A stretch of DNA of 59,073 nt, the filler included. It is 6 parts of 6 records of this genome, joined end to end, with 100 filler letters (N's around TTAATTAATTAA, not from the genome) between each part and the next. Parts side by side here need not be neighbours in the genome. Positions count along the whole stretch, not along the records: positions 26,122 to 35,468 come from SRR31156797_8654; positions 35,569 to 43,076 come from SRR31156797_8660; 4 more parts are not named here. The stretch is one strand, 5' to 3'. The notes under the pieces were generated by a model that saw nothing but the letters and a program-made list of their open reading frames with translations, did no database searches and was not told the origin of the DNA. The position numbers and the translations under genes are program-made. Below, one piece after another: positions 30,121 to 41,143 of the stretch; position 1 is the stretch's first letter; every line of letters begins with the position of its first letter.

Positions 30121-31815
30121 TCACATCATTCCGCGTCTCAGTATTGTAATCAGCAGCCAGAAGCCCATGACTCCGGCGACCAGGAAACCTATCAGGCCGA
30201 TTATGGGGATATCATGCCAGGTCGGCGGAATGCCGGATTGAATGATCAGGGACGAACCGATAATAAGCGAGGCCAGGACAATCGCAAAAGCCAGCCGGTT
30301 GCTGCTGCGATCCTGGGTGATGCGCATTTCCTCAAGCCCCTTGTGTTCTATATCAAATTTAAGCTGCCCCTTTTTGACCATTCTTAAAAGCGTGTTAAGG
30401 TCATAAGGAACTTCTTTCATCATTTCGAAAAAATCAAGACTGTAGTCCAAAAAATCGCCGGCCAGGCGCTTGGGTTCAAAACGTTCGATCTGGACTTTTT
30501 TTACAAAAGGCGTTGCTTTTTCAACAATATCAAAATCAGGGTTCAACTGCCGGCCCAGCCCCTCGACCGCGGTCAAGGCCTTGATGAGCAATAAAAGGTC
30601 GGGCGGGACCCGCATTCGATAGTTCAAGGCTATTTCAAAGACCTGCTGTAAAAGCGCCCCAAGTTCCATATCCTTTAAAGGGCCGAAAAAATGTTGGTCT
30701 ACAAAATCAGCTACATCCCGTTCAATGGCCCTCCTGCCGGGTTCCACTTCCCATTCGGTCATTTTTAGAAGCGCCCCGACAATATGGCCGGCGTCGCGCC
30801 TGGCCACAGCCATAATCAGATCGACAATATTTTCCCTGGTCGCCCTGTCGATCCTCCCTGTCATACCCATATCCAACAGGCAAATCACATGGCCGGGTAA
30901 AATAAGCAGGTTGCCGGGATGCGGATCGGCGTGAAAAAATCCGTGGACCAGGGTTTGTTCCATAACTATGTCGGCGCCCCTGTCGGCAATTTCAGGCAGG
31001 TTGTATCCTTTTTCTTTTAATTCCTCCATTGAACCCGCACTCACGCCGCGCACATATTCCATGGTCAGAACCCTGGGCGTGGTCAGATCATGATAAACCT
31101 TGGGAATGTACACTTGTTCATCATCACGATGCAATTCGGTGAAGCGGTCCATATTGGAAGCTTCTATTCGATAGTCAAGCTCCCTTTCCAGGGTTCGGCC
31201 GAATTCTTCAACCACCTCGGTCGGTTTGTGCAGGTCCCAGCCTTCGACATGCTTCTCACCCAGAGTTGCCAGGTGAAGCAGGATTTCCAGGTCCACTTCC
31301 ACAATGCGTCTGATGCCTGGACGTTGTATTTTTAATACAACTTCATCCCCCCGGGCAAGCCGGGCCTTGTGAACCTGACCGATGGAAGCGGCTGCCAGAG
31401 GCTCGGGATCTATATTGTCAAATGTATCGGCCGGAATGTCCGCTAACTCGGCGGTCAGAATTGTTTTAGCTTCTTCAAACGGATATGGGGGCACATCGTC
31501 CCTGAGTTTGGAAAGTTCCATAATGAATTCAGGCGGCAGTAAATCAGACCTTGTGCTCAACATCTGGCCTAATTTTATAAAGGTCGGCCCCAGTTCTTCC
31601 AAAACCATACGCACGCGGGCGGCCCGGGAATAAGCTTCGATCTTTTCCTTGCGTTCGCGTAAAAACATCTGCCGGCCGATATTGAGGTATTGGTCGACTT
31701 TTAATGTGTTGACAAGGTCGCCGAATCCGAATTTGAAGAATACGCCCAGGATCTCGCTGTATCTTTCCACCTGGCGATATGTTCTTCCGATCGAACTTAT
31801 TTTACGAATGAGCAT
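30121..31815 (-). CDS. AarF/ABC1/UbiB family kinase
   Basis: LGPTFIKLGQMLSTR, AAASIGQVH, FFHADPHPGN; two C-terminal TMs. Confidence 0.95.
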   Translation of the reverse strand: MLIRKISSIGRTYRQVERYSEILGVFFKFGFGDLVNTLKVDQYLNIGRQMFLRERKEKIEAYSRAARVRMVLEELGPTFIKLGQMLSTRSDLLPPEFIMELSKLRDDVPPYPFEEAKTILTAELADIPADTFDNIDPEPLAAASIGQVHKARLARGDEVVLKIQRPGIRRIVEVDLEILLHLATLGEKHVEGWDLHKPTEVVEEFGRTLERELDYRIEASNMDRFTELHRDDEQVYIPKVYHDLTTPRVLTMEYVRGVSAGSMEELKEKGYNLPEIADRGADIVMEQTLVHGFFHADPHPGNLLILPGHVICLLDMGMTGRIDRATRENIVDLIMAVARRDAGHIVGALLKMTEWEVEPGRRAIERDVADFVDQHFFGPLKDMELGALLQQVFEIALNYRMRVPPDLLLLIKALTAVEGLGRQLNPDFDIVEKATPFVKKVQIERFEPKRLAGDFLDYSLDFFEMMKEVPYDLNTLLRMVKKGQLKFDIEHKGLEEMRITQDRSSNRLAFAIVLASLIIGSSLIIQSGIPPTWHDIPIIGLIGFLVAGVMGFWLLITILRRGMM

Positions 31816-32137
31816 TCGGATTTTCCCCCGACCGCCGTCAGACTAACTATTGATGTTCCAATAAAAGCAACTAGCCTATTTCAATAGCAGATTTAGGAAT
31901 ATTAACACAAGAGGATAAAATATCAAAATTCAGCTGTTTTTAATCTTTGGGTAATACAAGTTTATTTTGTCTATTTTTTTGGCGCCGCCCCAATATCCTG
32001 TTAAAAAATCATACAGTTTTCAAAATTGTATAAAAGTAAGGTTGAGTGAGACGCCTCGCCCCGCAAATGCCGCCCAACCAATGATTGTCGCTCTTTTATA
32101 TAGCTTTTATTAATAATTACTTATTCTTCTTATTGAT

Positions 32138-32153
32138 TTGGCACATTCCTTGA
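32138..32153 (+). promoter_or_regulatory. Putative sigma54 promoter upstream of copZ-kinase-regulator operon
   Basis: TTGGCACATTCCTTGA = TGGCAC-N5-TTGA; the operon encodes a sigma54 activator. Confidence 0.6.
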
Positions 32154-32286
32154 TTATCTTATGATATGGAAGATGGTTTCCCTGAAGGCCATGACTTGTT
32201 TTTGAGCATGAATAAGGATTGATTTTAAATACTTGGCTTTCATGGGGATATTTTGTTAGACTCTTAAGAAAACAGGAGCAGGCGCC

Positions 32287-32493
32287 ATGTCGGAAAAAAT
32301 AGAACTAAAGATTACAGGAATGAGTTGCGGCCATTGCGAGGCGGCAGTGAAAAAAGCCCTGACGGCACTGGACGGCGTGACGGACGCATCGGCGGATCAT
32401 ATCGGCCAAAAAGCCGTGGTGGAAGCTGAAAAGCCGATTGATCGCAGCGTGTTGATTGAAGCGGTCAAGAAGGCGGGCTACGAGGCGGAATAA
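32287..32493 (+). CDS. Heavy-metal-associated (CopZ-like) chaperone
   Basis: GMSCGHC motif, C-terminal AGY, 68 aa. Confidence 0.92.
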   Translation: MSEKIELKITGMSCGHCEAAVKKALTALDGVTDASADHIGQKAVVEAEKPIDRSVLIEAVKKAGYEAE

Positions 32494-34233
32494 TTGCGAC
32501 ATCCTCGCCCAAGAACCCTGTTTATTCCTGTTTTGGGACTTCTGGCGGCAATACTTGTTCTGCTGGCCGTGGTCATGATTACCACCTATGTCAATCTTGA
32601 CCGCGGCCGCAAGCAAGCCCGTCATGTGTTGGAAACCCAATCGACAGCCATTGTTTCCGGTTTGTCCGCTGGCTTGAGCACAGGTTGGCGGCACAGAATG
32701 TGGCGCGACGATTCCCTCCAGGAACTGGTAGCCGAGGCGTCCGGTTTCGGCGACGTGGCTTTTATCGCAATTATGGATAAACAGGATCGGGTGCTGGCCC
32801 ACACCGACCGATCGCTCTTGAACCAGGTTTATCCGCAAATAAGCGATTTAAGAAAAAACCTGAAAAGCGGCGAAATAACAAGCTGGTTTGGTAAAGGCGA
32901 GATATTTCTATCCGGCAGAATTCTGACGGATGAAGATTTTACCGGAGGGGGTTCATCAAGGGGTCGGCACGGCATGGGCAGGATGCACGGCCGCATGATG
33001 GAGATGAATGAAGAATACACTCCCAGCCTGATTCTGGTCGGTCTTGAAACCACGCATTACAATGAGGCTCTTTCCAGGCAATTTCAACACTCGCTTATTA
33101 TGGCCGGTATTCTTTTTGTTCTGGGCGCCGGGGCGATCTATTTTATTTTTGTTCTGCAAAACTATCGCACAATTGACAGAACTCTATCCGACCTGAGCAC
33201 GTACACGGCCAGTATTGTCGATAACATGCCCACCGGGCTTATTACCCTGGATGGATCCGGAGAGCCGGTAATGGTCAACAGGGCGGCCAGGCAGATGTTC
33301 GGTTGGGATGACCGGACGGAATCGTCACTGGGCGGCGAACCTGTAATCAAGGGATTGTCGGAAAAATTCGGGCCGGAATTAAGAGAAGGCCGGATAATAC
33401 TGGAAAAGGAATTTGAGGCGCCCATAGCCGACAATGATCATTTACCGGTTGCGGTCAGCGCCGCGGCCGGGTCGTCGGGCGAAGGAGAATCGGGCGAAGT
33501 CGGACAGGTTTACATACTTAGAGACCTGCGGCAGATCAGGGACCTTGAAAACCAGGTCAGGCAAAGTGAAAAACTGGCTGCCGTCGGGGGACTGGCGGCC
33601 GGCGTCGCCCACGAAGTCAGAAATCCGCTCAGTTCCATGCGCGGCCTGGCGAATTTTTTGACGAGGAGCCTTGATGAAAAGAGCCGGGAAGCTGAATACC
33701 TGCGGGTGATGATCGAAGAAATTGATCGGATCAACAGGGTGATTACCGGCCTGCTGGATTTCGCCCGGCCGCGAACGCCCGAATTGGCGCCCGTGGATTT
33801 TAATGAAGCAGCCCGGCACACTTCCGATTTGGTAACGGATGACGCAAGGGGTCGCAGTATAAGCGTTCGTGAAGATATGGCGCCGGATAAACCGTTGATC
33901 AGGGCTGACCGCGACCAGGTAATCCAGTCGATGTTGAACTTGCTGTTGAATGCGATAGAGGCCATGCCGGACGGCGGCCGCATGACCGTGAGCACGAAAA
34001 AAGAAAACGGCTGCGGCGTTTTTATGGTTGAAGATACAGGGCCGGGCGTGCCGTACAAGGATCGTTCCAAACTGGCCGATCCGTTTTTCACTACCAAGAA
34101 AAAAGGAAGCGGTCTCGGTCTGGCCCAGACCGCCGGCATAATGGAAGCTCATGGCGGCAGAATTGAAATAGGGGGCGAACCGGGCATGGGCGCCAGAATA
34201 AAACTGTTTTTCCCTTTATATGAGAAAGATTGA
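32494..34233 (+). CDS. ZraS/HydH-like membrane sensor histidine kinase with PAS domain
   Basis: Two TMs, Gly/His/Met-rich periplasmic loop, AHEVRNPL, NLLLNA, GSGLGL. Confidence 0.9.
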   Translation: MRHPRPRTLFIPVLGLLAAILVLLAVVMITTYVNLDRGRKQARHVLETQSTAIVSGLSAGLSTGWRHRMWRDDSLQELVAEASGFGDVAFIAIMDKQDRVLAHTDRSLLNQVYPQISDLRKNLKSGEITSWFGKGEIFLSGRILTDEDFTGGGSSRGRHGMGRMHGRMMEMNEEYTPSLILVGLETTHYNEALSRQFQHSLIMAGILFVLGAGAIYFIFVLQNYRTIDRTLSDLSTYTASIVDNMPTGLITLDGSGEPVMVNRAARQMFGWDDRTESSLGGEPVIKGLSEKFGPELREGRIILEKEFEAPIADNDHLPVAVSAAAGSSGEGESGEVGQVYILRDLRQIRDLENQVRQSEKLAAVGGLAAGVAHEVRNPLSSMRGLANFLTRSLDEKSREAEYLRVMIEEIDRINRVITGLLDFARPRTPELAPVDFNEAARHTSDLVTDDARGRSISVREDMAPDKPLIRADRDQVIQSMLNLLLNAIEAMPDGGRMTVSTKKENGCGVFMVEDTGPGVPYKDRSKLADPFFTTKKKGSGLGLAQTAGIMEAHGGRIEIGGEPGMGARIKLFFPLYEKD

Positions 34234-34325
34234 TTCGCCTATGTTTAGGCGCCGGTCTAAAACCGGATCGAAATAGCCGCTAAATAATGAGGATTTTCCC
34301 CAACCAAAGGGTGAATGGAGTAGAT

Positions 34326-35468
34326 GTGACTGACCGGTCGATATTGGTGGTTGATGACGAACCCTCACACAGGCTGATGCTGAGGGCCCATCTTGAAGAA
34401 GCGGATTACGGAGTTATGGAAGCTGAATCCGGAGAAGACGCCCTTTCTTTTTTACAAGGCGCCTCGCCTCTTCCCGACCTGATGCTGCTGGATTTGAAAA
34501 TGCAAGGTATGGACGGAATCCAGGTGCTAAAAAAGATGGAAGAAGAAGCGATCAGTCTTCCGGTTATTATCATGACCGCATACAGTTCCATAGATTCAGC
34601 CTTGCAGGCGGGACGCCTGGGAATAAGGCATTACCTGAGCAAGCCCCTTGATACGGACGATCTTCTTCTTAAGATAGAAGAAATTCTGCAGCTAAAAAGC
34701 ATGGAAGAAATTAAAATCCGCCGTCAACAGGAGTTGGCCAGGAAGTTCGATTTCAGCGACCTATTGGGTGAAAGCCCGGTCATAATGGAACTGAAGGAAA
34801 TGCTTTCCCTGGTGGCCCCCAGCGAAGCTGCGGTCCTTATTACGGGTGAATCGGGTTCCGGCAAGGAACTTATCGCCAGGGCCATACAGAAAAACAGCGC
34901 CAGAAAGGATAAGCCGTTTGTGGCGGTAAATTGTGCGGCCCTGGCTGAAAACCTGCTCGAAAGCGAGTTGTTCGGCCATGAAAAAGGAGCGTTCACCGGG
35001 GCGGTTCAACGGAAAGTCGGCCGTTTTGAATTGTCTGACGGGGGCACTCTTTTCCTTGATGAAGTGGGCGAAATAGCTCTGACAACTCAAGTTAAACTCT
35101 TGCGCGTTTTGGAGGAAAAATCATTTGAACGGGTGGGCGGGACTAAAACCTTGAACGTGGACGTACGCGTTCTGGCGGCGACCAACAGGGATCTGGAAGT
35201 TGAAATCGAAGAAGGTCGTTTTCGAGAAGACCTATACTACCGGCTTAATGTTGTCCAGGTAAAGGCCCCCAATTTAAGGGAAAGGGGCCCGGAAGACATA
35301 GAAACCCTGGCCCTGCACTTCCTGAATAATTCCGCCAAACGAAACCAACGGGATATCAAGGGCTTCTCTCCCAGGGCGATAAAGGCCATGGTCACCAATC
35401 CCTGGCCGGGGAACGTTCGGGAGCTGGTAAACGCTGTCGAAAGATCGGTTATTCTGGCCAGGGGAGAT
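34326..35468 (+). CDS. ZraR/NtrC-family sigma54 response regulator (3'-truncated)
   Basis: REC (VVDDE, LLDLKM), GESGSGKE, GHEKGAFTGA; start GTG 34326 after GGAG. Confidence 0.93.
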
Positions 35469-35568
35469 NNNNNNNNNNNNNNNNNNNNNNNNNNNNNNNN
35501 NNNNNNNNNNNNTTAATTAATTAANNNNNNNNNNNNNNNNNNNNNNNNNNNNNNNNNNNNNNNNNNNN
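35469..35568. other. Artificial contig linker
   Basis: N-run, TTAATTAATTAA, N-run. Confidence 0.99.
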
Positions 35569-35596
35569 GCTGGTTCAAATCCAGTCGTCCCGACCA
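35569..35596 (+). tRNA. 3' end of a tRNA, most likely tRNA-Pro (cut by contig start)
   Basis: GCTGGTTCAAATCCAGT T-arm, CGTCCCG acceptor strand, ACCA. G72/A73 fits Pro; the anticodon is not visible. Confidence 0.8.
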
Positions 35597-35645
35597 CCCC
35601 CCCTTGCCAAAGCGTTTAACAAGGTTGATCCGCGTCGTTTTTCCG

Positions 35646-35849
35646 TCAGATTTTCCCCTGTTGAACCAGGCGTGAAAAGTGTTCAAAAGAACGATCGTAG
35701 GTTGATTCCGCATCCTTCGAAAAGCAGCACCCGGGAAGTTGCCGCATTTTCAGATGGTAGGCAATACACTCGCAACAGGTCCCTTTTCTGGCGCAGGGTT
35801 CATAGGTGCAATTACATTTTTCAAGGTTCTTTTCCCGATTACATTCCAA
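35646..35849 (-). CDS. Small Cys-rich protein (DUF6485-like)
   Basis: CNCTYEPCARKGTCCECIAYH...LPGCCF...YDRS; TTG start at 35849 after a G-rich RBS. Confidence 0.75.
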   Translation of the reverse strand: MECNREKNLEKCNCTYEPCARKGTCCECIAYHLKMRQLPGCCFSKDAESTYDRSFEHFSRLVQQGKI

Positions 35850-36113
35850 GGCTCTTTTCCCCCCCATATGCTTAATTAGACGAAAACGGAACGTCCGGCA
35901 GACTTTCTGCTCAAACTGACCGATGGCGTTTTTGGAAAAAATTATATAAACTGTTAATATTATACTTTGGTAAGATGGTGTCGTCAATTTTTCCTTGACA
36001 AAGTCAACCATTTCTTCAACATTTCCGCCATCAGAAGTATTGGTGGTGTGTCCCATAACAACCAATGGGTGAATTTCTGATGGACAGGAGCGTTATATAT
36101 TTTGGAAACTGAA

Positions 36114-36641
36114 ATGATGACGGATTCGATTGCGGCGCCTGCCAGATGGTGGGCACTGCATACACGAAGCCGTTTCGAGCAAAAAGTCCATCGGGGACTT
36201 TGTGGAAAATCCCTTGAGGCCTTCCTTCCACGAATTGAGGTGATGAGTCGCAGGAAAGATCGACGGAAAAAGATATTGGTGCCCTTGATTCCGGGTTATG
36301 TTTTTGTCCGTTCGGCCCTGGCGCCGGAGGAATATCATCGTATCATCCAGACGGTGGGTGTGGTTCGGATGGTGGCTTTTAAGGGGAAACCGGTTCCCGC
36401 CAATGAAGCGGAAATTTCTTCCCTCATGATCCTGGACGGTACGGACCGAACCGTTCAAAACCGCTCCTATATGCAAAAGGGAGACCGCGTAATGATTATG
36501 GAGGGACCTCTCAAAGGTCTGGAAGGCTTCTATCTTCGGCACAAGGATAAAAATGATCAGGTTGTGGTATCCATTGAACTGTTGCACCGATCCCTGGAAG
36601 TGGAGATTGAAGGCTGGTCCCTGGAAAGGATTTCCGGATAA
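36114..36641 (+). CDS. NusG paralog (UpxY/RfaH-like transcription antiterminator)
   Basis: WWALHTRSRFEQKV, PLIPGYVFV, KOW GDRVMIMEGPLKGLEG. Confidence 0.92.
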   Translation: MMTDSIAAPARWWALHTRSRFEQKVHRGLCGKSLEAFLPRIEVMSRRKDRRKKILVPLIPGYVFVRSALAPEEYHRIIQTVGVVRMVAFKGKPVPANEAEISSLMILDGTDRTVQNRSYMQKGDRVMIMEGPLKGLEGFYLRHKDKNDQVVVSIELLHRSLEVEIEGWSLERISG

Positions 36642-36811
36642 ATCTTTGAAACAGCCATTGCGCACCATGGGTTTTGGAAGCCATTTACGGTTTACCCTTA
36701 TCGGTTAATGGTTTCATTTTTTATAATTGAGTCAATGGTATAGACGGTTCAAGCCCTGTAACCGAAAGAGCGGAGCTATATGAAACGGGGTTTGGCTGAG
36801 AGGGCAATAGA

Positions 36812-37771
36812 ATGAAAATTTTGATTACAGGTGGTGCCGGCTTTATTGGATCTCATTTGGCGGAACGTTTGCTGGGGAATGGAAATGAGGTTTTTGTCGT
36901 TGACAATTTATGGACCGGAAAACTGGCCAATATCTCAAAGATCCAGAATCATGAACGGCTCCATCTGGTGATTGACACCATCTTGAATGAATCCGTCATG
37001 AACGAACTCATATTCAAGGCTGATCAGATATACCATCTGGCGGCTGCGGTGGGCGTCAGGAACATTATGGACCATCCGGTGGAGACGCTGGATACCAACG
37101 TCAAGGGGACTGAGGTCGTCTTGAGATTGGCCAATCAATTCAAGAAGAAAGTATTTATCGCATCCACTTCCGAGATTTACGGAAAACATGTGGAGCATGA
37201 TTTGTCGGAAGATGACAATCGGGTTATGGGGTCGGTCAAAAAACGACGGTGGGCCTATGCCTGTTCCAAAACACTGGATGAATTTCAAGCACTTGCCTAT
37301 TTTGACGAAAAAAAACTACCCGTGTTGATCGGCCGACTGTTCAACACCGTGGGTCCCAGGCAAACCGGACAGTATGGCATGGTTTTGCCTAATTTTGTTC
37401 AAAGCGCTTTGTTGGGTAAGCCCATCACCGTCTTTGGAGATGGTACCCAGAGCCGAAGTTTCGCCCATGTTAACGACGTGGTGGACGCCATTACACGATT
37501 GATGGATGAACCGATGGCGGAAGGTGATATTTTTAATGTGGGTAACAACGAGGAAGTGACCATTAAAGACCTGGCGCTTAAGGTTAAGGAGATGACGGGG
37601 AGTGATTCCGAAATTGATTACGTGCCATACGAAAAGGCCTATGGTCCGGGCTTTGAGGATATGGAAAGAAGATGTCCCAATATCAGTAAACTGAAAAAAA
37701 CCATTCAGTTCGAGCCGTCCTATGATTTGGGAAGCATTATTCAGAGTGTCATTGACTCTTTCAAGGAATAG
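36812..37771 (+). CDS. NAD-dependent nucleotide-sugar epimerase/dehydratase
   Basis: ITGGAGFIGSHL, ASTSEIYG, YACSK, RLFNTVGPRQ. Confidence 0.93.
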   Translation: MKILITGGAGFIGSHLAERLLGNGNEVFVVDNLWTGKLANISKIQNHERLHLVIDTILNESVMNELIFKADQIYHLAAAVGVRNIMDHPVETLDTNVKGTEVVLRLANQFKKKVFIASTSEIYGKHVEHDLSEDDNRVMGSVKKRRWAYACSKTLDEFQALAYFDEKKLPVLIGRLFNTVGPRQTGQYGMVLPNFVQSALLGKPITVFGDGTQSRSFAHVNDVVDAITRLMDEPMAEGDIFNVGNNEEVTIKDLALKVKEMTGSDSEIDYVPYEKAYGPGFEDMERRCPNISKLKKTIQFEPSYDLGSIIQSVIDSFKE

Positions 37772-37806
37772 CGAGGGGGGTGACATGACGGTTTCGGGGG
37801 AAAAGA

Positions 37807-39351
37807 GTGGTTTACCGGGGGCATGGCATTGAAATGACGCCGATTTCTTTTCAGGATTATCCCAAGGAGCCGGTGGTCCTGAACAATCTTTCGGATAAAA
37901 TGATGCGGGAATCCAGGTTCGTTCCCTTGGAGATGGGGGATGATTTTCTGAAAATCGCCATGGCCGATCCGGAGGATTTTTACACCATTGATGCCTTAAA
38001 GGTTACATATGATCTGGACATTCGGGTTTGCCGGGGAAAAGAAGGCGACATCCTGGACACTGTTGAACGCTTGTACGGTGCCGGCAGTCAATCCCTTGAA
38101 ACCATCATCGAGGAAGCGGGAAAGGATATTTACGACATTTCCGCAGGCGACGTTGAGGATGAGGATCATTTGAGGGACCTGGCGTCGGAAGCGCCCATCA
38201 TCCGGTTGGTGAACCGATTGATTTTTAACGCGGTGGAACAGAAAGCCAGCGATATCCATTTTGAACCCTTTGAAAATGAATTCAAGGCGCGATACCGCAT
38301 AGACGGTGTTTTGCACGATGTGGAATCTCCCCCCCATCGCCTCCAGGCGGCCATTATTTCCAGGGTTAAAATTATGGCCAAGCTGGATATTGCGGAAAGA
38401 AGACTTCCCCAGGACGGTAGAATCAAACTGCGGATTTCGGACAAAGAAATTGATTTCAGGATCTCCACCATCCCCACCCTTTTTGGTGAAAGCCTGGTCA
38501 TGCGGATACTGGACCGGGATACCCTGATTCTCGATTTAAATAAACTGGGTTTCCCCGAAGACGTGTTGGCACAATATACGGAACTTGCCAGGCAGCCTTA
38601 TGGGATGATTCTGGTGACCGGTCCCACAGGGAGCGGCAAAACATCCACCCTCTACACCACCCTTGCCAAAATCAATTCACCGGAAAACAAAATCATCACC
38701 CTGGAGGAGCCGGTTGAATATCAACTGAGCGGTGTGAACCAGATTCAGGTAAACCAGAAGATTGGCATGTCTTTTGCCAGCGGACTCCGTTCTATTGTAC
38801 GGCAGGATCCGGATATCATCCTGGTAGGGGAGATCAGGGACCGGGAAACCGCCGAGATTGCCATTCAGTCCGCTTTGACCGGACATCTTTTGTTCAGCAC
38901 GCTCCACACCAATGATGCGGCCGGGGCCATTACCAGGCTTCTGGATATGGGTGTGGAGAGCTTTCTCCTCAGTTCAACCCTTTTAGGCGTTTTGGCCCAG
39001 CGGCTTGTGAGAGTCATCTGTCCGGAATGCAAAGAGCGGGTAGAACCGGAAGAAAGGCTTTTCAAGTCCATGCAGATAAGCCCCGAGGAGGCGCCCAACC
39101 TAAAATTTTTTGCGGGTAAAGGTTGTGAAGCGTGTCGATACACAGGGTTCAGTGGCAGGACCGCTATTTTTGAATATCTGCCGGTGAATGGGCCGATTCG
39201 TAGAGAGATTATCAACAAGTCGAGCGCCGAGAAGATCAAAGACGTGGCGGTTAAATCGGGCATGTTGACCTTGAGAGAGGACGGATGGCGAAAAGTGAAG
39301 GAAGGGGTAACCACCATTCCCGAGATATTGAAAGTCACCCTTGAAAACTGA
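37807..39351 (+). CDS. gspE: Type II secretion ATPase GspE (start may be ATG 37834)
   Basis: ASDIHFEP, GPTGSGKT, RQDPDIILVGEIRD, TGHLLFSTLHTN, two CxxC. Confidence 0.95.
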   Translation: MVYRGHGIEMTPISFQDYPKEPVVLNNLSDKMMRESRFVPLEMGDDFLKIAMADPEDFYTIDALKVTYDLDIRVCRGKEGDILDTVERLYGAGSQSLETIIEEAGKDIYDISAGDVEDEDHLRDLASEAPIIRLVNRLIFNAVEQKASDIHFEPFENEFKARYRIDGVLHDVESPPHRLQAAIISRVKIMAKLDIAERRLPQDGRIKLRISDKEIDFRISTIPTLFGESLVMRILDRDTLILDLNKLGFPEDVLAQYTELARQPYGMILVTGPTGSGKTSTLYTTLAKINSPENKIITLEEPVEYQLSGVNQIQVNQKIGMSFASGLRSIVRQDPDIILVGEIRDRETAEIAIQSALTGHLLFSTLHTNDAAGAITRLLDMGVESFLLSSTLLGVLAQRLVRVICPECKERVEPEERLFKSMQISPEEAPNLKFFAGKGCEACRYTGFSGRTAIFEYLPVNGPIRREIINKSSAEKIKDVAVKSGMLTLREDGWRKVKEGVTTIPEILKVTLEN

Positions 39352-39353
39352 AA

Positions 39354-40583
39354 ATGGCCGCATATTCATATAAAGCCGCTGACAGTGCCGGTAAAATTGT
39401 GACCGGAGTCCTGGAGGCGGATGAAGAAAAAAAGGTGGTTGCCGAACTGCACACCCTCGGGTTGATTCCCATACGGATCACTCCAGCCAAAGGGAACGGA
39501 ACACGGCTGGGATTGAATGTTTCAACGCAGTTTCTCAGCCTTTTTCATGGGGTCTCTTCCAAAGATGTTATGGCTTTTACCCAAGACCTTGCCACCCTCC
39601 TTGAAGCCGGTCTGCCGGTTGATCGAGCGCTTTTGCTGCTGATCGAATCTGCTGAAAAAGAACAGTTCAAAATAGTCGTGAACGATATCCTCAAAACCGT
39701 TCAGGGTGGTGGATATTTATCTGATGCCCTGGCAAAGCATCCCAGGGCTTTCACCTCATTTTTTGTCAGCATGGTGCGGGCCGGCGAGGCGGGAGGTGTT
39801 CTGGAAGCGGTTTTGAGTCGTCTGGGGGAGTTTCTTGAAAGCGCTCAGGAACTCAAGGATTATATTAAATCCGCCATGGTGTATCCCATTTTTCTGGTGG
39901 GTGTGGGTGGCCTCTCCATTATTGTGCTTTTGACCTTTGTCATTCCAAAGTTTTCGATTATTTTTTCGGATATGGGGCAGGCCATTCCCCTGAGTACTCA
40001 GTTCCTGCTGGGAATCAGCCGTTTGCTGCAATCTTACTGGTGGGCTATTCTAATAGTACTCGGCGCAGGTTATTTTTTCCTGAGAAAGTATCTGAAAACG
40101 CCTGCAGGACGGTTGAAGTTCGATCGAAAGAAAATGAAATTTCCGGTGGTGGGAGACCTTATCAAGAAAATCGAGGTTGCCCGGTTCGCAAGAACCCTCG
40201 GGACATTGACCAAAAGCGGTGTTCCCATTCTGCAGGCGCTCACGCTGGTAAAGGACATTATGGGGAACAGGGTTATTTCAGCAGCGATGGAAAATGTCCA
40301 TGCACGGGTGAAGGAAGGGGATCGCCTGTCTAAACCCCTTCGGGATACGGGTATTTTTCCGCCCCTCGCCATTCAGATGATCACTGTGGGAGAAGAGACG
40401 GGAAGGCTGGACCGCATGCTTTTGAGGGTGGCGGAAAGTTACGAAAAAATGGTTCGAAACATGGTAAAACGGCTCATCAGCCTGCTTGAACCGGCCATGA
40501 TCCTGATCATGGGCCTGGTGGTGGGGTTCGTGGTGGTTTCCATGCTCATGGCGGTATTCAGCATGAACGAAATGCCTTTTTGA
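39354..40583 (+). CDS. gspF: Type II secretion platform protein GspF
   Basis: MVRAGEAGG, SAMVYP, VGEETGRL, LLEPAMI. Confidence 0.93.
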   Translation: MAAYSYKAADSAGKIVTGVLEADEEKKVVAELHTLGLIPIRITPAKGNGTRLGLNVSTQFLSLFHGVSSKDVMAFTQDLATLLEAGLPVDRALLLLIESAEKEQFKIVVNDILKTVQGGGYLSDALAKHPRAFTSFFVSMVRAGEAGGVLEAVLSRLGEFLESAQELKDYIKSAMVYPIFLVGVGGLSIIVLLTFVIPKFSIIFSDMGQAIPLSTQFLLGISRLLQSYWWAILIVLGAGYFFLRKYLKTPAGRLKFDRKKMKFPVVGDLIKKIEVARFARTLGTLTKSGVPILQALTLVKDIMGNRVISAAMENVHARVKEGDRLSKPLRDTGIFPPLAIQMITVGEETGRLDRMLLRVAESYEKMVRNMVKRLISLLEPAMILIMGLVVGFVVVSMLMAVFSMNEMPF

Positions 40584-40632
40584 GGACAACCGTGAACGGT
40601 TACTATTTTTGAATGCGGCGAAAGGAGTTGAC

Positions 40633-41073
40633 ATGAAAAAACGCAAGAAAAGAGAAATGGGATTCAGTCTCATTGAGTTGTTGATTGTCATGGTAATCAT
40701 GGGCCTTCTAGCCGCTTTGGTGGGCCCACGCATGTTTGGAAAAGTGGGTAAATCGAAGCAAAACGCAGCGCGTGCGCAAATGGCTCTTTTTGAGACGGCC
40801 CTGGACACCTACCGGTTGGATGTGGGCAAATACCCCTCAACGGAACAGGGCCTTCAAGCCCTCAGGAGCAAACCTTCAGGCGTAGAAAAATGGGACGGGC
40901 CCTATCTGCCGAAATCCGTACCCAAAGACCCATGGGGGAATGCATATGTGTACCGGCGCACCGATAAGGGCGAAGTTGAGATCATCTCCCTGGGTGCCGA
41001 TGGAACCGGAGGCGGAGATGGCGAGGACAAGGATATTTCCAGCCGGGACGCGGATGAAGAAGATGCCGGTTGA
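40633..41073 (+). CDS. gspG: Major pseudopilin GspG
   Basis: GFSLIELL prepilin site, ALDTYRLDVGKYP, WDGPYL, KDPWG. Confidence 0.95.
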   Translation: MKKRKKREMGFSLIELLIVMVIMGLLAALVGPRMFGKVGKSKQNAARAQMALFETALDTYRLDVGKYPSTEQGLQALRSKPSGVEKWDGPYLPKSVPKDPWGNAYVYRRTDKGEVEIISLGADGTGGGDGEDKDISSRDADEEDAG

Positions 41074-41143
41074 CCTCTTGCATAAAAGTGCTCCCTTGTG
41101 CCTTTCCGGTTCCCGGGTTCGTTAAATCATCGAAGGGATCAGG

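Noticed and set aside
35870..36811. RfaH ops/JUMPstart element
   Set aside because: No GGCGGTAG consensus upstream or downstream of the NusG paralog.
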